Source: Pseudogymnoascus verrucosus (lineage: Eukaryota). From it: DNA of 64,000 bases. Where the stretch lies: NCBI GenBank assembly GCA_001662655.1, contig KV460238.1; one strand, given 5' to 3'. Shown here in pieces: positions 49,611-62,523 of the stretch. The number at the start of each line of letters is the position of its first letter. Position 1 is the stretch's first letter. Under the pieces are notes generated by a model that was given only the letters and a program-made list of their open reading frames with translations, did no database searches and was not told the origin of the DNA. Both the position numbers and the translations under genes were made by a program.

Positions 49611-52600
49611 ATGGGGATGTAGAGGTACAGGTTACTTTGCCCAAGGGGGATATGGGCGCGAGCGAGAGGTACTTACTTACTGCTGTAAGCGTTTTGGCTT
49701 CATGGAGGATGATGGGGATGGGATGCAAGGGGGATTACATGTGCACGCTTACTTCCCGATTAGTGGTATCAAACGAACAAAGGGAGACGGACGGGGGGAG
49801 GGAGAGGTGATAATGGTATTGTATGAAGGCCCATCTGTACCCCAGACACATGGCCCTGTGCCGTCCCTGTCCTCTCCTCCCTCCTGCACCCCAACCAACC
49901 CTCACCATCCCAATCCCCCATCAACCACCACCTCCTCCCAAAGCAGCAATCCCTCCCTCCCTCCCTTCCTCCCTCCCACTCCTCTTCCTCCTATAGCGTG
50001 CTTCCCTATGTATCCTCTAGCCTCTAGCCTCCCTCCCGCGGGATCTCGGAGAACCACCACCACCACCCACCACCTCGCGGCTCCCGCCCACGTTCAGCCA
50101 ACAAAGCCACCTCGCGCGCTACGGCGTAAGTTTTAGTGGGTTGGGGGAGAGGAGACGGGGAGACGACACCACATACAGTACAGTACAGTACAGTACGTAC
50201 TGTAACCTCACGCATGGCTAACAGTACCAAACAAAAAACCTTGACTCTCTCTCTCTCTGATCGACCCCCTTTATTCCCCTATTGGAACCGAGTCAGGGTT
50301 TTGGTACTTAAGCCATGTTAAGCCCATCTTGCGCCATGCGGGACCGGGGGGGGGAGGGGGGAGATCCGGAGGATTCCAAATACTTTTTCTGTCCCTTGCT
50401 TGCTTGCTTGGTGGAGGGTGGACAGGGATGGGGGGGGGTGATCATCATTCAAGTGGGAGAGGTGATCGTGGAGTGTGAAGCTGTGATGGGAGTGTGAATT
50501 GCTGTGGATTGGTGACACGGGGGCAGTAGTGGGAGGAGTGGGATTAGGTGATGTGGGGTTGAGGTGATGGGGGTGCGCTATAGGGTGATGGGGAGGTGAT
50601 GATGCGGGAGTTCAGCAGCACCAACACCAGCAGCGTGGAATTGAGGGTGTAGATAAAAACCCCCTGTGAAGTAACAGTTTTTGGCCTCAGAACTCGTGGT
50701 TGAGTACCTGCTTCCCCTTCACACAGTCCGTGGTGCACTGCGCACTGTCCCAATATCCCCCACGCCGACTGACTTCTCATACATGACAGGTCGCAAGCGA
50801 AGTGAACGTGCTTGCTCGCTGGTCAACTATCATGGACATGGCTGGATGTATGGATTGGCCCTAAACAGAACAGGGTTATTACTCCATCGAGGTCCGAGGG
50901 CGCGAACTATTTGCTCTGCTTGCTGCACGCCCATCGGAGCGGAAGATCATTTAGTCTGCACTAGCACGGTACATACTTCCATTCCAGTAATGGGATTCCC
51001 GCGCGTGGGGTGCCCTAAGTCACGTATACATGGCAACTCTCTTTTTTCCCTTTTCCTTGACTAGGGTGGGTAGGGGGATTCCAAAAGGTTAGTTAGTACT
51101 GTGGTGGAAGGGGAGAGGACAGCAGCGGAAACCTGGATGCGCTGCGCTACGCTGTCGCTGTGCTTCGCAAGGCTGGGCGGAATGGGGAGGTGGGCGGGTT
51201 GATCTCCGAGAGTGGGGGGGCCGGGCAACGAGGCGTGGACGTGGGAAGGGCGTGTCATATTGAACTAGGAGGTAAGTAACGGTACGGAAGGTACTAGGGA
51301 TGCTACCGTAGGATTGGTGTTAGTAGGGATAGTCGTCTTAGTAGAGTTAGTAGTGGTTAGTAGCATTAGTACCGTTAGGTTAGTAGGGTTAATATGGTTA
51401 GTAGTGGCGTTAGACTATGTGCGTTTATTGATGTACTCCGTGCTATTGTTTTGTATGTGGAAGGTACATCCGCGGGATTCATCGACGAGAAGCAAAGCCC
51501 GTGAAGGGGAACCACTCACAGGCACAGGGACAGGGAACATACTAGACCCGCTCCGCTGACTGGGCGAACTAATGGGTCCGTGCAGGGACGGCGTGGTAGG
51601 CGTGGCTGTAAAAGTTCCCGGGCGGAGGGGTATGGGTATGTGTATGGGTACGGTATATTGGATGCCGTACCCAGTATATGGAGAAAAACTACGTGTACTG
51701 TACTCAGCCAAGGTCTGGGACTGGAAAAGGTGTAAGTAAGGTTAGACGGACCCGCGTCTCTTCCCATGATCCAGAATCCCGTCTCCACACCGAGCGAAGA
51801 GTCGGGGTCGAGAGTCAAACGAGCATGGGAATGGGGCCGATCTCAGCTGGACAAAGCGTCGTCCGTTCGGAAGACGTTGGGATGTTTTGTCGATCCCCTT
51901 GGGCCAAATCGGGGGACTATGCCTAGGAGGGGAACGCACCAAAGGGGATCATGACGGTATCTCCCTTGCTTCATTGAGAGACAGAGATCGCGCGCCCATG
52001 CCCATGGTGTGCTTCTCCCAGATCCAGCACGAAGCGCAGAGGATCACGCCCATCATGGCTCGCGGGCCCCACAAGGTAACGGAGGAGGCTTGTCGGGACG
52101 AACCCATTTGGCTCGCTGGAGCGGGCTCTATTGGCGAAATATGGGGAAATTCTGTCTGTTGTACTTCACTCACCCTGTGCCGGCCACAGACAGACCCGGT
52201 ACAGTGCAGGCGGTACAGAGACCGACCATCAAGGTGTCTGTTTTACCTCTCCTGTCAACCACCGCATCTTTCCCTTGCCTGACCGTGGTGGCTCCGCATC
52301 GACAGTACCAAGCAATTCACCTGAACCCAATAGATCCGGGAGTCTCTCGATGCGGCACGAAGCCGATGAGATGGGCCCCTCCTCCCCCGTACATGCACCT
52401 CAGCGTGGTCCGAGAGCACGAAACGGGACGAGGAAGGCTCGACTGGGAAAGAGATCGAGGGTCGTGGAAGCTGGATTGGGGGTGAGGTGACACGGTTGTC
52501 TCTCTCTATTTGACATCACGGCCCTCGGAGCACCAATGAGGTAGCCGGGGAGCAGTGTGACATGCGAAATGCAATGCGGTGCGGAATCTTGACCGGTGAG

Positions 52601-53753
52601 GAATCACACCTCAGGTAAGGTAGAGATCGGGATCGTTTGTGCGCATGCTTATGCTTGGTTGCTGCTTCCTTGGTTGCTTGCTTAGTCACCAGCTTGCTCT
52701 TCACCGATGCTTGGGCACACTCTCCTCTCCTCGTGTCGGTGGGGGGCTTGGGTGGTCGTGGCGATAATAGGCAGAAGAAATTATTGACTGTGCTGTATTA
52801 TGAAAATGATAGATTGCGTGACGAAGCAAACGGCTGTGGCGAAGCTCGTGGCCCTCTATCTACTCGGGCGTTGTCAGGCTCCCAAGCCGCCCATCCCATC
52901 CCACAGCATTTTGACCTCAGGCTGGCTTTCAAGCCCATCCCATCCCACCACAGCATTTGTTGACCACCAGTGAGCCTCTTCAGCGGTATCGGGCTCCCCT
53001 CTTGGCTGAGGGGGGACCAACGTGGCTATCTTCAGGGTAAGGAATATGGTGCGGAAGAGCATAAGCAAATCGAATGGTGAGGCGGACTGGCACAACCGTG
53101 CATAAGCCAACCACAACGAATCTCGAAATCGTCGGTGACGTCTGATTTGCTGCCCGACTTTCGAGTCCTGTAGCAGGCTAGCCAGTGATGTCCACCATCA
53201 AACCCTCCCCCCCGCACCCTCAAATTCTCCCTCGACGACCACCAACACCACAGTGGACAGTGTGGACAGTGGATGGACGGGGAATAGTCAGGCTGGGGCC
53301 GGGGTGCCACGACGATGCGAAACTTCGCTTTTGTTGCCTGGAGATATGGGTGATAGAGGTCACTCAGCGTGCCGTGTGAGAGGAGACCAGGCTGGGTCTT
53401 CTCGCCCAACCGGTGTGGTGGTTGATGCTCCCTGTTGGGTCGAGGATCGCTGACATCCAACCCACTGATCCCACGGGCCCTGCAACTCTCTGAATGTGAT
53501 CCTACCACCATGCATTAAGGCCCTTGGGAGCCACACACCGAAACCTCGAGATTCAATCAGAGAGCCGCCCTGTCTTGTTGATACCCATACCAACCATACA
53601 TACCCACGAGCTTACACAGCCTCACACGCTTTATCCTCCTCAGCGCCTTACATTACTTCGCTCCCCTCTGACCGCCGTCCCTTTTCGAAATTTATTCTCT
53701 TGCGAACCACCTTGAAAGGCAATCACAGACGCCTCAAACACGATAGCCGGTTA

Positions 53754-53816
53754 GTGAGTTCAGATGAATATATTTTGTTGATTAAGATCTTCACTAACAC
53801 GTTTGTGAGGCTGCAG
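53754..53816 (+). other. Probable 5'-UTR intron of the downstream gene
   Basis: GTGAGT donor at 53754, CTAAC branch at about 53793 and CTGCAG acceptor at 53816, about 55 nt before the ATG. Confidence 0.55.
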
Positions 53817-53869
53817 AATTCCTCCTCTATTATCTTCAGGCCCACATAGTTTGTTCTTCGCAAACCGTC

Positions 53870-56058
53870 ATGATGTCGACAAGCTTCACTGGCAATCCCA
53901 TACCCGGGCAACAGCAACAAGAGAGACAACAACAGGATCAGGAACAATGGAGACGGGAGCTATTGGAATTACAGGCTCGAATCAGTGCTCAACTGGCCGC
54001 ATGCCCACCGCTTCCGGCCGCGTCGTCCCAGCCCACCATGTCCACCGACCGCCCGCCGATACACCGCCGACAACGCTCTCAGAATGAGATCTCGAGGTCT
54101 CTATCCATGGCTGGAAACACAAGCCGCGCTGCCTTCCCGGTAGGATGATGCTCCCGGTTCACGATTGACCCTGTCTTGGTTCTAATAGCAACTAGGGACG
54201 AAACCATGTGGGATCTATGGGGATGTCGAGGAGCGTGTCACAACATTCTGGAGGCCCTGTGGCCATGTCCCGGACCAAGTCTATGGGAGCACCGCCGTCT
54301 TCGATGTCGAGGTCCTTCTCTAGCAGCGGACGCACTGCCCCCGGCCAGCAGATGACGGGAGGCCATCCGAGCTCAGCCGACATCGACGCATGGCAATCTC
54401 ATCAAGATGGCCCATACACCTATCAGCAATACCATCAAGCACAGCCGGAGCTAGCACAGGTCCCGGAACTGGACGTCGGCGAGGATCCCAGCAACTACTT
54501 CTCGCGGAGAAGGACGCCCTACCTCTCGGTGACGACAACGGACTTTCCCCCGAACAACTTCATGATCAACAACCCTGCCCAGGCCAGATTATCACCATCA
54601 AGGCGCAGTACATTCAGTAACCCAGCCCCGAATACTCCGAGCAGCACGACGCTAACAACGGATAACACATTTGTAAGTGATATGAGCCGCCAGAGCAGCA
54701 CATGCAATGAAGCTCTTCAGAGCTTCCAGATGATGAATGTTCACTCGAATACTTCTATGTTTTCTGATATCAGCTCCACCGACGATGCATTCTACAGCGG
54801 CTCGACGCAATACTACCCGCCATCCGACTTAAAGCAGGTATCCTCGAGCGAAGAGCAGAACCTTTTGCTGGCTGGTGCTGGCGGGGCTGGCTACAGCCAG
54901 CAAGCACCTTACCCATTGTTCGCTCCTCAGAAGATGATGTCTTCAACTTCGAGTCGTCACGTGGAACGTATGCAGCGGACAGAATCGACCGACAGCAATA
55001 TATCATCCTCATCGGCCTCCAGGTCTCGACAACAGCTACAGAGACAAAACCAGCTCGCAACCAACCGCAAGTTAGCACCAAAGGGCGGCAGCGATGACGA
55101 TGAATCCCAAACAGTCTCACCGCTCGTCCGCATCAAGTCGAAAGACGGCCAAGAGGATAAGTTCGTTGCCCAAATCTCCAAAACCCCCTACCAGCGCCCC
55201 AAGCACGAACGCCTCCACTGCGACCTCTGCGACGACCGCGAAGGCTTCCGCGGCGCCCACGAGCTCGGCCGCCACAAGGACCGCCAGCACAAGGACATGG
55301 TCAAGAAATGGGTGTGCATCGAGCCTCTCGACGGCGTCAAGGACGAGTTCCGCCCCATCAACTCCCTCGCCAAGTGCAAGGCGTGCACCCAGCAGAACAA
55401 GAAGTACGGCGCCTACTACAACGCCGCCGCCCACCTCCGACGCGCCCACTTCGTGCCCAAGCCCCGCGGCAGGAATAAGTCGGGGAAGGCGGACGATAAG
55501 TCCGAGAAGCGCGGGGGCAAGGGAGGGGGGGACTGGCCCCCGATGAAGGAGCTGAAGCGCTGGATGAAGGATGTGTATGAGTCCTCTGATGTGGTGCAGC
55601 AAGATGACGACGAGGAGTCCGGCGACGAAGACGTCCTCCTCGCTGATCTCGAGGATCCGACTATGGCGACGCCGGCGAGTCAGATGGCTTTCGATCAGAG
55701 CTTCCTCTACCCCGTCGACGCCCCGATGTTCGACTACTCCTCCTCTGGCGGCTCGAGCTTCGTCACCCCCAACGAGGGCATTGACATGAACGACATGGGC
55801 GGCGTGATGAACGCCTCCTTCGCGCAGGGGTTCTCGCACCACGGCGAGTTCAACCAGTCGATGTTGATGCCCAGCAGCCAGCAGTCGAGCGAATTCGACG
55901 CCTCGATGGTGATGACTGCTGATGACCTGTCATCCTTCATCGACGCGCATCAACCCCACCATCCTTCTTTTGCTACACAGAACACCCTCCTCTCCCACCA
56001 GACTTTCATCGACCCAGAGCTCGCCTCTGACTTCCTCTCGTATGACGCGACTATGTAA
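53870..56058 (+). CDS. KLAP1 (key lime pathogenicity protein)-like putative transcription factor with a Cys/His domain
   Basis: Intron 54140-54195. CDLCD..EGFRGAHELGRHKDRQH..KKWVC..CKAC..YGAYYNAAAHLRRAHF.PK..KRGGKGGGDWPPM.ELK.WM, flanked by low-complexity S/Q regions and an acidic tail. Confidence 0.75.
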
Positions 56059-58806
56059 GGTTTTTGTTGTGCAGGGGGTGCTTGGCTCAATCGTAGGATT
56101 GGGCGCAACGATGTGTCTGGTGTTTCTGCACCCATCTTCTGTTCTATCTTGTCCTACTTCTTGTTTTCTCTTTGTTTACCTTTACCCATTCGTGATGAAG
56201 TGATGCAGCGTGGTGAGCAGCTATTCATACCTCCCCCTTCCCCTTCCTCCAACATTCGTGTGTGTGATGAAGTTGGAAAGAATCAGGAAGGAAAATTACA
56301 CATCTACACATCATCATCACTTGGAAGTCAAAACTCCTACGCATACCCCTCCTCCTTCATCACAAACTACACCTTTTTTTTTTCATCTTTCCTCTTCGAA
56401 ACATGTCTATTGTTCGGGCCTCTTCTACATCATATTAATCGCAAAAAACCCTTCCTATTTTTCTATTTCTATTTTCTATTTATTTCCACTACTCTACTCT
56501 TATTTCTGGGTGTGGGGTTGGCGGGGCTGGGCTTGCAACGCACGAGAGTTGCATGTACATATGGTATCCGCAAGGTCGAGTCTGGGGAAAGCGGCGGCGG
56601 GCGCGATATTCTACAGTGGGCGGAAAACGACCCTTGATGATGGATCGATGTGGGTGTTTTTTTTTGGGAATGGCAATTTGGGATGGGCAATGTTCGGCTG
56701 GAGTGCGGGGGAGGGACGACGGCAAGGGGGGACGGCAAAGTTGAGTGGAGATCGAAGTGCTCGAATCTACGGTACGATATTCAAAGGAAATAATATTTTC
56801 TTCTCACGAAAGAAACGGACGGCTTTTTATGACGAACAACGTATTTTATTTTATTCATTTGGCAAAGCGAAGCGTGTGAAGGGCTGGTGGTAATTCTTGA
56901 AGGGGGGGATGTATAAATCGGTGGTTTTTCAATATCATAGCCATATTCATAATCATATTTCTGGTGTCACCTGTTTTCAAAAATAAATAATTATTTGATT
57001 CTATCTGTTTTTTGTCCGTCGAAATAAGATATGTGAATATTCCAGAAAAAAACAAAAATTATAATAGTGATCTTTCATCCCCATCTAAACCAAAATCACC
57101 GATTAACCCACACACTCCCTCCACGTAACACACGTGGCTATTCCAAGTATCCTAAGTAGAGTACACAACTCACGCCTTCCCCATCAAGCACAACGGTGCC
57201 CAGGCGGATTCAACGGCGTATTCTCACCACAGTAATCGACTGACAAACGGAACGGCCAACGGAGCCTTGAAATCATATCCCAGTGCCAGCTAGCCCTCTT
57301 TGCTTTTTCAAGAAAAACAAGCGGGGACGGCCTGCCTGTGCGGGACGGGGGTGTGATGTACGTACACCAGCTTACGGGGTGGCGAAATAGAATGAGATGA
57401 GCTGAGACGACGGGATGAGATGAGAGTCGGTGAACCAACCTAGTGCACCGTATGGTATATGTGGGGTGGACGGGCGGGACGCTGGATGGTGGGGAGCACG
57501 GTTGGCAATGCGTGGGGGACACGGCTGCGTGGGATGCGGGATGGGATGTGTGCTTACTACCCACCCCACTCCTCCTTACATACTCACCTCATCCAGTCAA
57601 TTAGTTAGTTAGTTAACTGCGGTGTGTGTGGATTTCGGTGCTGTGGTGAGTGAGTGAGTGAGAGGTATGGTCGGGGGACTGGATTTGGCTCCCCGTCTCG
57701 TTTGTTGTAAGTCGAACACGTACTGTGCCCACCGTAAGCTTGGTGGAACGTGATCGGATCGCCTCTCTGCAGTGTGATCAATGGATGGTGTGGTTGGCCA
57801 TGAGCGTGGGCTGCGCTCACCAATGCTGGTGCTGGTGCGAGGTGGTGTGTATGCCAGACAGTGAGACGTCGTTGCGAGGTCGGCGTGGGATGGCGATGCT
57901 GTGTTTAGTAGTAGGATATCAGTGAGGAGAGTGCACATCGAACAAAGGGGGGGTAAGGCAATTGTGTTACCCAAGCAGAGAATAACGATGGAGAAGGAGT
58001 ATATGGGGTATTCACACCACAAAACCACCCTTAAAACCAGAAAAGTGATAAAAATGGTCCTTTGTCTACTATTATAAATATATACAGATCCCCCCCTCCC
58101 CCCTTCCCCCTTCCCCCCGCGCCGCCGCCGCCGTTCCATCCATCCAAAAAGCGCGGCGTGCGCGCGGTGCAGAACTAGCCATCAACCTGCATCGCGTGCC
58201 TCTCCCCCTCCCCACGTAAAATCGTAGTAAGAGGCTTAAAGGTCGTGGCCAACTGACTTGACTGACTGACTGGTTGGCCCTGCCTCCGTGATGCAACGCT
58301 GCCCATCGTGCAACCCAATATCGCGCCGAGCCTCACCCCCATCTTCCCCCCGGGGGTGTTTAAGCCTCCTATCTACCCCCCCATAAGACCCAGCTCGTCC
58401 CGACGGAGACAGTCTACAACGACCAACTCATGGATATGAAGACCGACGGTCTACCCCATCTCAACGCCCTCGACGCAGACCATGCAGACGCTCAATCCAA
58501 CCCCCCTCACCAAGAGAGAGAGAGAGGGTCTCCCAAATAAACAACTCAATCCGCTTTGAAAAAACCCCAAGTACCGCTGAAACGCGCACCAAAACGCCTC
58601 CGCTGCCCAGACAGACCCTGAACATCAAATAAAAAAACCCCCCAACCCGGCATCATTCGCTCGCTCACTCAACGCCATTGTTCAATTTGTCGTCGTTCGC
58701 AAAAATCTACACACAACGTACGTACGTATCTCTCCCATACGCTCTGCTCATGTGAGCCGGCCCCATCCCCAGGGCAATCAGCCAGCCAGCCAGCCCTCAA
58801 TCTAGA

Positions 58807-60687
58807 TCAGATAGCCCAGCTCCCTCTCCTCGCCCTCACGCCCCACGCGATCGGCTCCCCCGTATTCGTCGACAGATTCGGGTGCTGGCGCGCCCACTCA
58901 TGGATATACCTCTTCAGCGCCATCCACCTCGGAGTTCCCACGCCTACCGCCCCGGTAGCATCCGTGAGTCCCGTCCCAGGCTTGATGCCCACATTCCCCA
59001 CCGGCGCCTTGACGTCGTCATCAACGCGCAGCTCGGCGGAGGGTATATGCGAGATGTGCGCGAGCTCTTCGTCGTACTCGCGCGCCAGCATCGGGTAGCC
59101 GAGGGAGAGGTAGTTGTACACCTGCGTGACGAACGTGTCGTTGAACTCGACGCAGATGGCGTCCTCGAGCTTAGCTTTTGCGACTTCGCCCTTGAGCCGC
59201 TCGTCGAGTCCGCTGAGCATGTGCATCCCGCGACTGGGAGTACATTGGTGGTATTTGGGCGCCGCAGTCCCAGCACCGTCATTGAGGTTCAGTGCGTTGA
59301 AGGGGTCGTCGCGCTCGTTGTCGGGGGTCTCGAGGAGATTGGGGTGGCGGTGGTGGGGGGCGATGCATTGGCTTGGGTCTTCGGCGACGCAGTAGCCGCC
59401 CCAGAGGCCGCCGCCGTCGTCTTTCTTGGGGGGTGGGGCCTCGATGCGTTGGTCGGTTTCGAATCGGGTGAATTTGGGGGAGGGGCACATTCGGAATATG
59501 AGGTCTTCTCCTAGCATGGGCGGGCTGGCAGCCTCGCGCATGACTTTCAGCTCCTCGTCCTTCGGGATAGCGGCGAGGATGCCCTTATCGTTGATGCCAT
59601 TCGTCCAGAAAGGGTCATGGAAGGAGGGCTTGGCTGCCTCCTCTGCAACCATCCTAAACGTCTCTTCGGCCCGCATCCGTGCCAGCGACTCTTCATGTTG
59701 CTGGAGCTCTGCCGCCGTGAATCCAGAAACCGTAGATCTCTTCCGCGCCACCTTCTCATGCGGTAGTAGTATTGGACCGCTATCCTCATCCGACCCCACC
59801 TCGCTCTCGAGGTCATAGAAATGCGAGACAGGGTCGTGGAAGTCGCTATTCACGTAAGCCACCAACTCCTGCTCGCGCAGCTGCCTCTCCCGTAATTGTT
59901 CCTCGGCTTGCTCCGCCGCGAGCGTCAGTAGATAGCCCGTGTAATTCTCATCGCAGCTCTCCCTCGTGCGGGCCATCTGTAGGCGGTTCGAATCCTCCGA
60001 GGACCCGAACGACTCGGTCAGCGAGGGTGTGCTCTCCGCGTTATCGGCCTCTTCTTCCGTGGTGTAGGAATTCGAGTCTGAGAGCGGCGAGCCTATTTCC
60101 GGGTGGTATGAATTGTATCGCGTGCCCCGACGGGTGTTCGGGTGCGGCCTCATCGACCCCTGCCGATAAGGGCGGAGAGGCGGTGGTAAACTGCTGGCTC
60201 GGATGTCGTGTGGCGATAGTAGGTGCTGATCTGGCTTCGTCCTGGATCTCCCTCCTGACTGGTATGTGTGGTTCGTCCCAGGCGTGACGTCTGTTCTCTC
60301 TGGTGGTGTGTGGTGGACATCGTTGACTCGCTTTGACCGCCTCGTGGTTTCGATGAGTTGGGGGGCAAACCGAGGTCTCCTCCGCGGTGGAGACTCTACT
60401 ACAGCCGGTGGAACGTCTTGGGTAGTCGTAATAAAGTTATCTTCCGCTGGCTTCACCGCTGTCGCACGGTTGCTGCGTCGGGTGGTCTCGATGGGTTGAG
60501 GTAGGAATCGGCGTTTCGGTGGCTCATCTAGCTGCACGCGGATAGTGGGATTGGAGTCTTCGCCCGCCGGGTCGGTGTCGTGGGTACTCGGATCAATTGA
60601 ATCGATTGTGAGCTGCTTGTGGGACTTGAATGTCGTCTCTATGGGAATCGGTAAGAATCGACGTCGCAGTGGTGGTTGGGTGGACAT
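58807..60687 (-). CDS. Conserved-looking fungal hypothetical protein (626 aa, intronless)
   Basis: Long ORF with a three-fold RRF.P..IETT motif, ASPPMLG.DL.F..CPSP, GGLWGGYC and FVTQVYNYLSLGYP.LAR.YDEEL..IS; ends WGVRARRGSWAI. Confidence 0.75.
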   Translation of the reverse strand: MSTQPPLRRRFLPIPIETTFKSHKQLTIDSIDPSTHDTDPAGEDSNPTIRVQLDEPPKRRFLPQPIETTRRSNRATAVKPAEDNFITTTQDVPPAVVESPPRRRPRFAPQLIETTRRSKRVNDVHHTPPERTDVTPGTNHTYQSGGRSRTKPDQHLLSPHDIRASSLPPPLRPYRQGSMRPHPNTRRGTRYNSYHPEIGSPLSDSNSYTTEEEADNAESTPSLTESFGSSEDSNRLQMARTRESCDENYTGYLLTLAAEQAEEQLRERQLREQELVAYVNSDFHDPVSHFYDLESEVGSDEDSGPILLPHEKVARKRSTVSGFTAAELQQHEESLARMRAEETFRMVAEEAAKPSFHDPFWTNGINDKGILAAIPKDEELKVMREAASPPMLGEDLIFRMCPSPKFTRFETDQRIEAPPPKKDDGGGLWGGYCVAEDPSQCIAPHHRHPNLLETPDNERDDPFNALNLNDGAGTAAPKYHQCTPSRGMHMLSGLDERLKGEVAKAKLEDAICVEFNDTFVTQVYNYLSLGYPMLAREYDEELAHISHIPSAELRVDDDVKAPVGNVGIKPGTGLTDATGAVGVGTPRWMALKRYIHEWARQHPNLSTNTGEPIAWGVRARRGSWAI

Positions 60688-62523
60688 TGAGAGTATGCCA
60701 GGCCTGTCGAGGACGCAAGGAGAGGAGGGACAGAACAGGGTGGGATAGAGAGATTAGAGCGATAGTGAACGGCGGTGGTCGAAGGAGGGGAAGCAGCAGC
60801 GAATATGTGATAGATAACATGCACACACTCTCCCTTGGCCTGTGCTGTGCCTTGATGAATATTGACCGCGCGCCGGTTTCAGGGCAAGAGGAGGAGAAGG
60901 CTGGTGTTGATAGGAAGCTCTTGACCCACGGGGGTGACGGTAAGTTGGAGAAATCCTGGAATAATTGTGGCTCTTGCGGCACATAACAACGCACAACACT
61001 TATTAATGGCCACAGGAAGCGTATAAGTAAGAACGGTAAGAGCAACGACAACAGTGAGAACAGTACAAAGTATAAGAACGGTCAACAGAATGCTTCTTGA
61101 CTACTGGCATGGCTTGTATGTAATGGCGTTGTTCACTTGCATACGACAAACAATCATGTGGGCTGTGGGTTTTGGAGAAGGGGGGGACTTGTAGGAGTCT
61201 AGAGCCTGGAGTAGCCGCTGGAGTAGTGTAAGTAGCCTGGATAGTGGGTTGCGGTTGCATTGATGGGGCGGTTTTGACCCCAACAAAGACAGAAAAGAGG
61301 ATCATCGTGAAGCTGATTTGAAGGGCCAAAAGACGGGGTACTGGGTTTATGGGTATGGGTACAGACGGATACTATATCTAGCATCTAATCTACATATGCC
61401 GAGTCATAAATTAAGTAAAATCTCCTAGTTACTGACACAGCAGAACTCGAGTTTTTCTGGAGATGGTCATGCTCGTGTATTGTACTGTACATATTGTCTC
61501 GTATTGTACGTGGATGAGTGATTGTGTGATATGATGTTTTAAGTGGCGATGAAGCCCTCGTCTGCACTGCGCACTGCACATCGTGAGAAATAGCGACTAC
61601 TAGACTAGAATACTATACTTCTCCACGCCACCAATATGTATGTATATATTTCCACTCTCTTCTCACTCTCAAAGTTTTATTTTTACTCTCCCATATAAAA
61701 TCCCCTGAATCCCCTTGCCACCAAGAAAAAGGCGCAACTAGTAGAAAGAGCAATAGTCTGCCGACTAGGCCCGGACGCTATGAGCAATAAGCAACCCGCG
61801 ACTGGCTAGAGAGATAGATTGGGGAACAGAGCGGGAGAACCGCACTCACCGTATGAACCCGTATCGACTAAACTATCTAGATATACCAGACCGACTACCA
61901 GGGGGGAGGGTTCGCTGGGTTGTACCTTCCTTTCCCATACAAAAAAACCAACAAAACTTTTACAAATGCACCGTTCCGAGTAACAGCTAAGTATATCCCG
62001 ATACACAATACCCTCCGAATGTGATGTGTGCCCATCGTCTCGTCCGGCATCGCACCAACGGTATCGCAAAGCACGAAACGGGATGGAGTACAAGCGGAGA
62101 TCCTCTACTGGACGAGGGACGACGCTCTCGCTCTGATAACACCACCGTGCCATGCGGTGGCTTATCTTTGCCCACACACAACAGCGCCAATCATCCACTC
62201 TCACCCACAACCTGGAAACATCTTGTCATCGTCGTGGCTTCAACATCGTAACTCATTCGTAACTCCAAGTTGACATAGATAGATAGTGTGTACATCGGAT
62301 CTACCTGCATACACCTCCAACCCCACCACATGTCTGACCCTCCCATCCTGTCTCATCTACCAAACAAAACGCTCGTGACCACCAACACAATTGTCTCTCC
62401 CACCTGCCAAACCCCCCCCCCACCAGAAATACGCCTCGCTATGCTAAACCCAGAACGTGACACATGTTGCCAGCCTCATGACGAAAAACAGCCCATGTTT
62501 TCCCCCTCCCTAGTATTTTGCCC

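Noticed and set aside
46260..53593. Numerous 60-200 aa ORFs in the large intergenic region
   Set aside because: They are products of low-complexity G/C tracts, are mutually overlapping and lack domain signatures.
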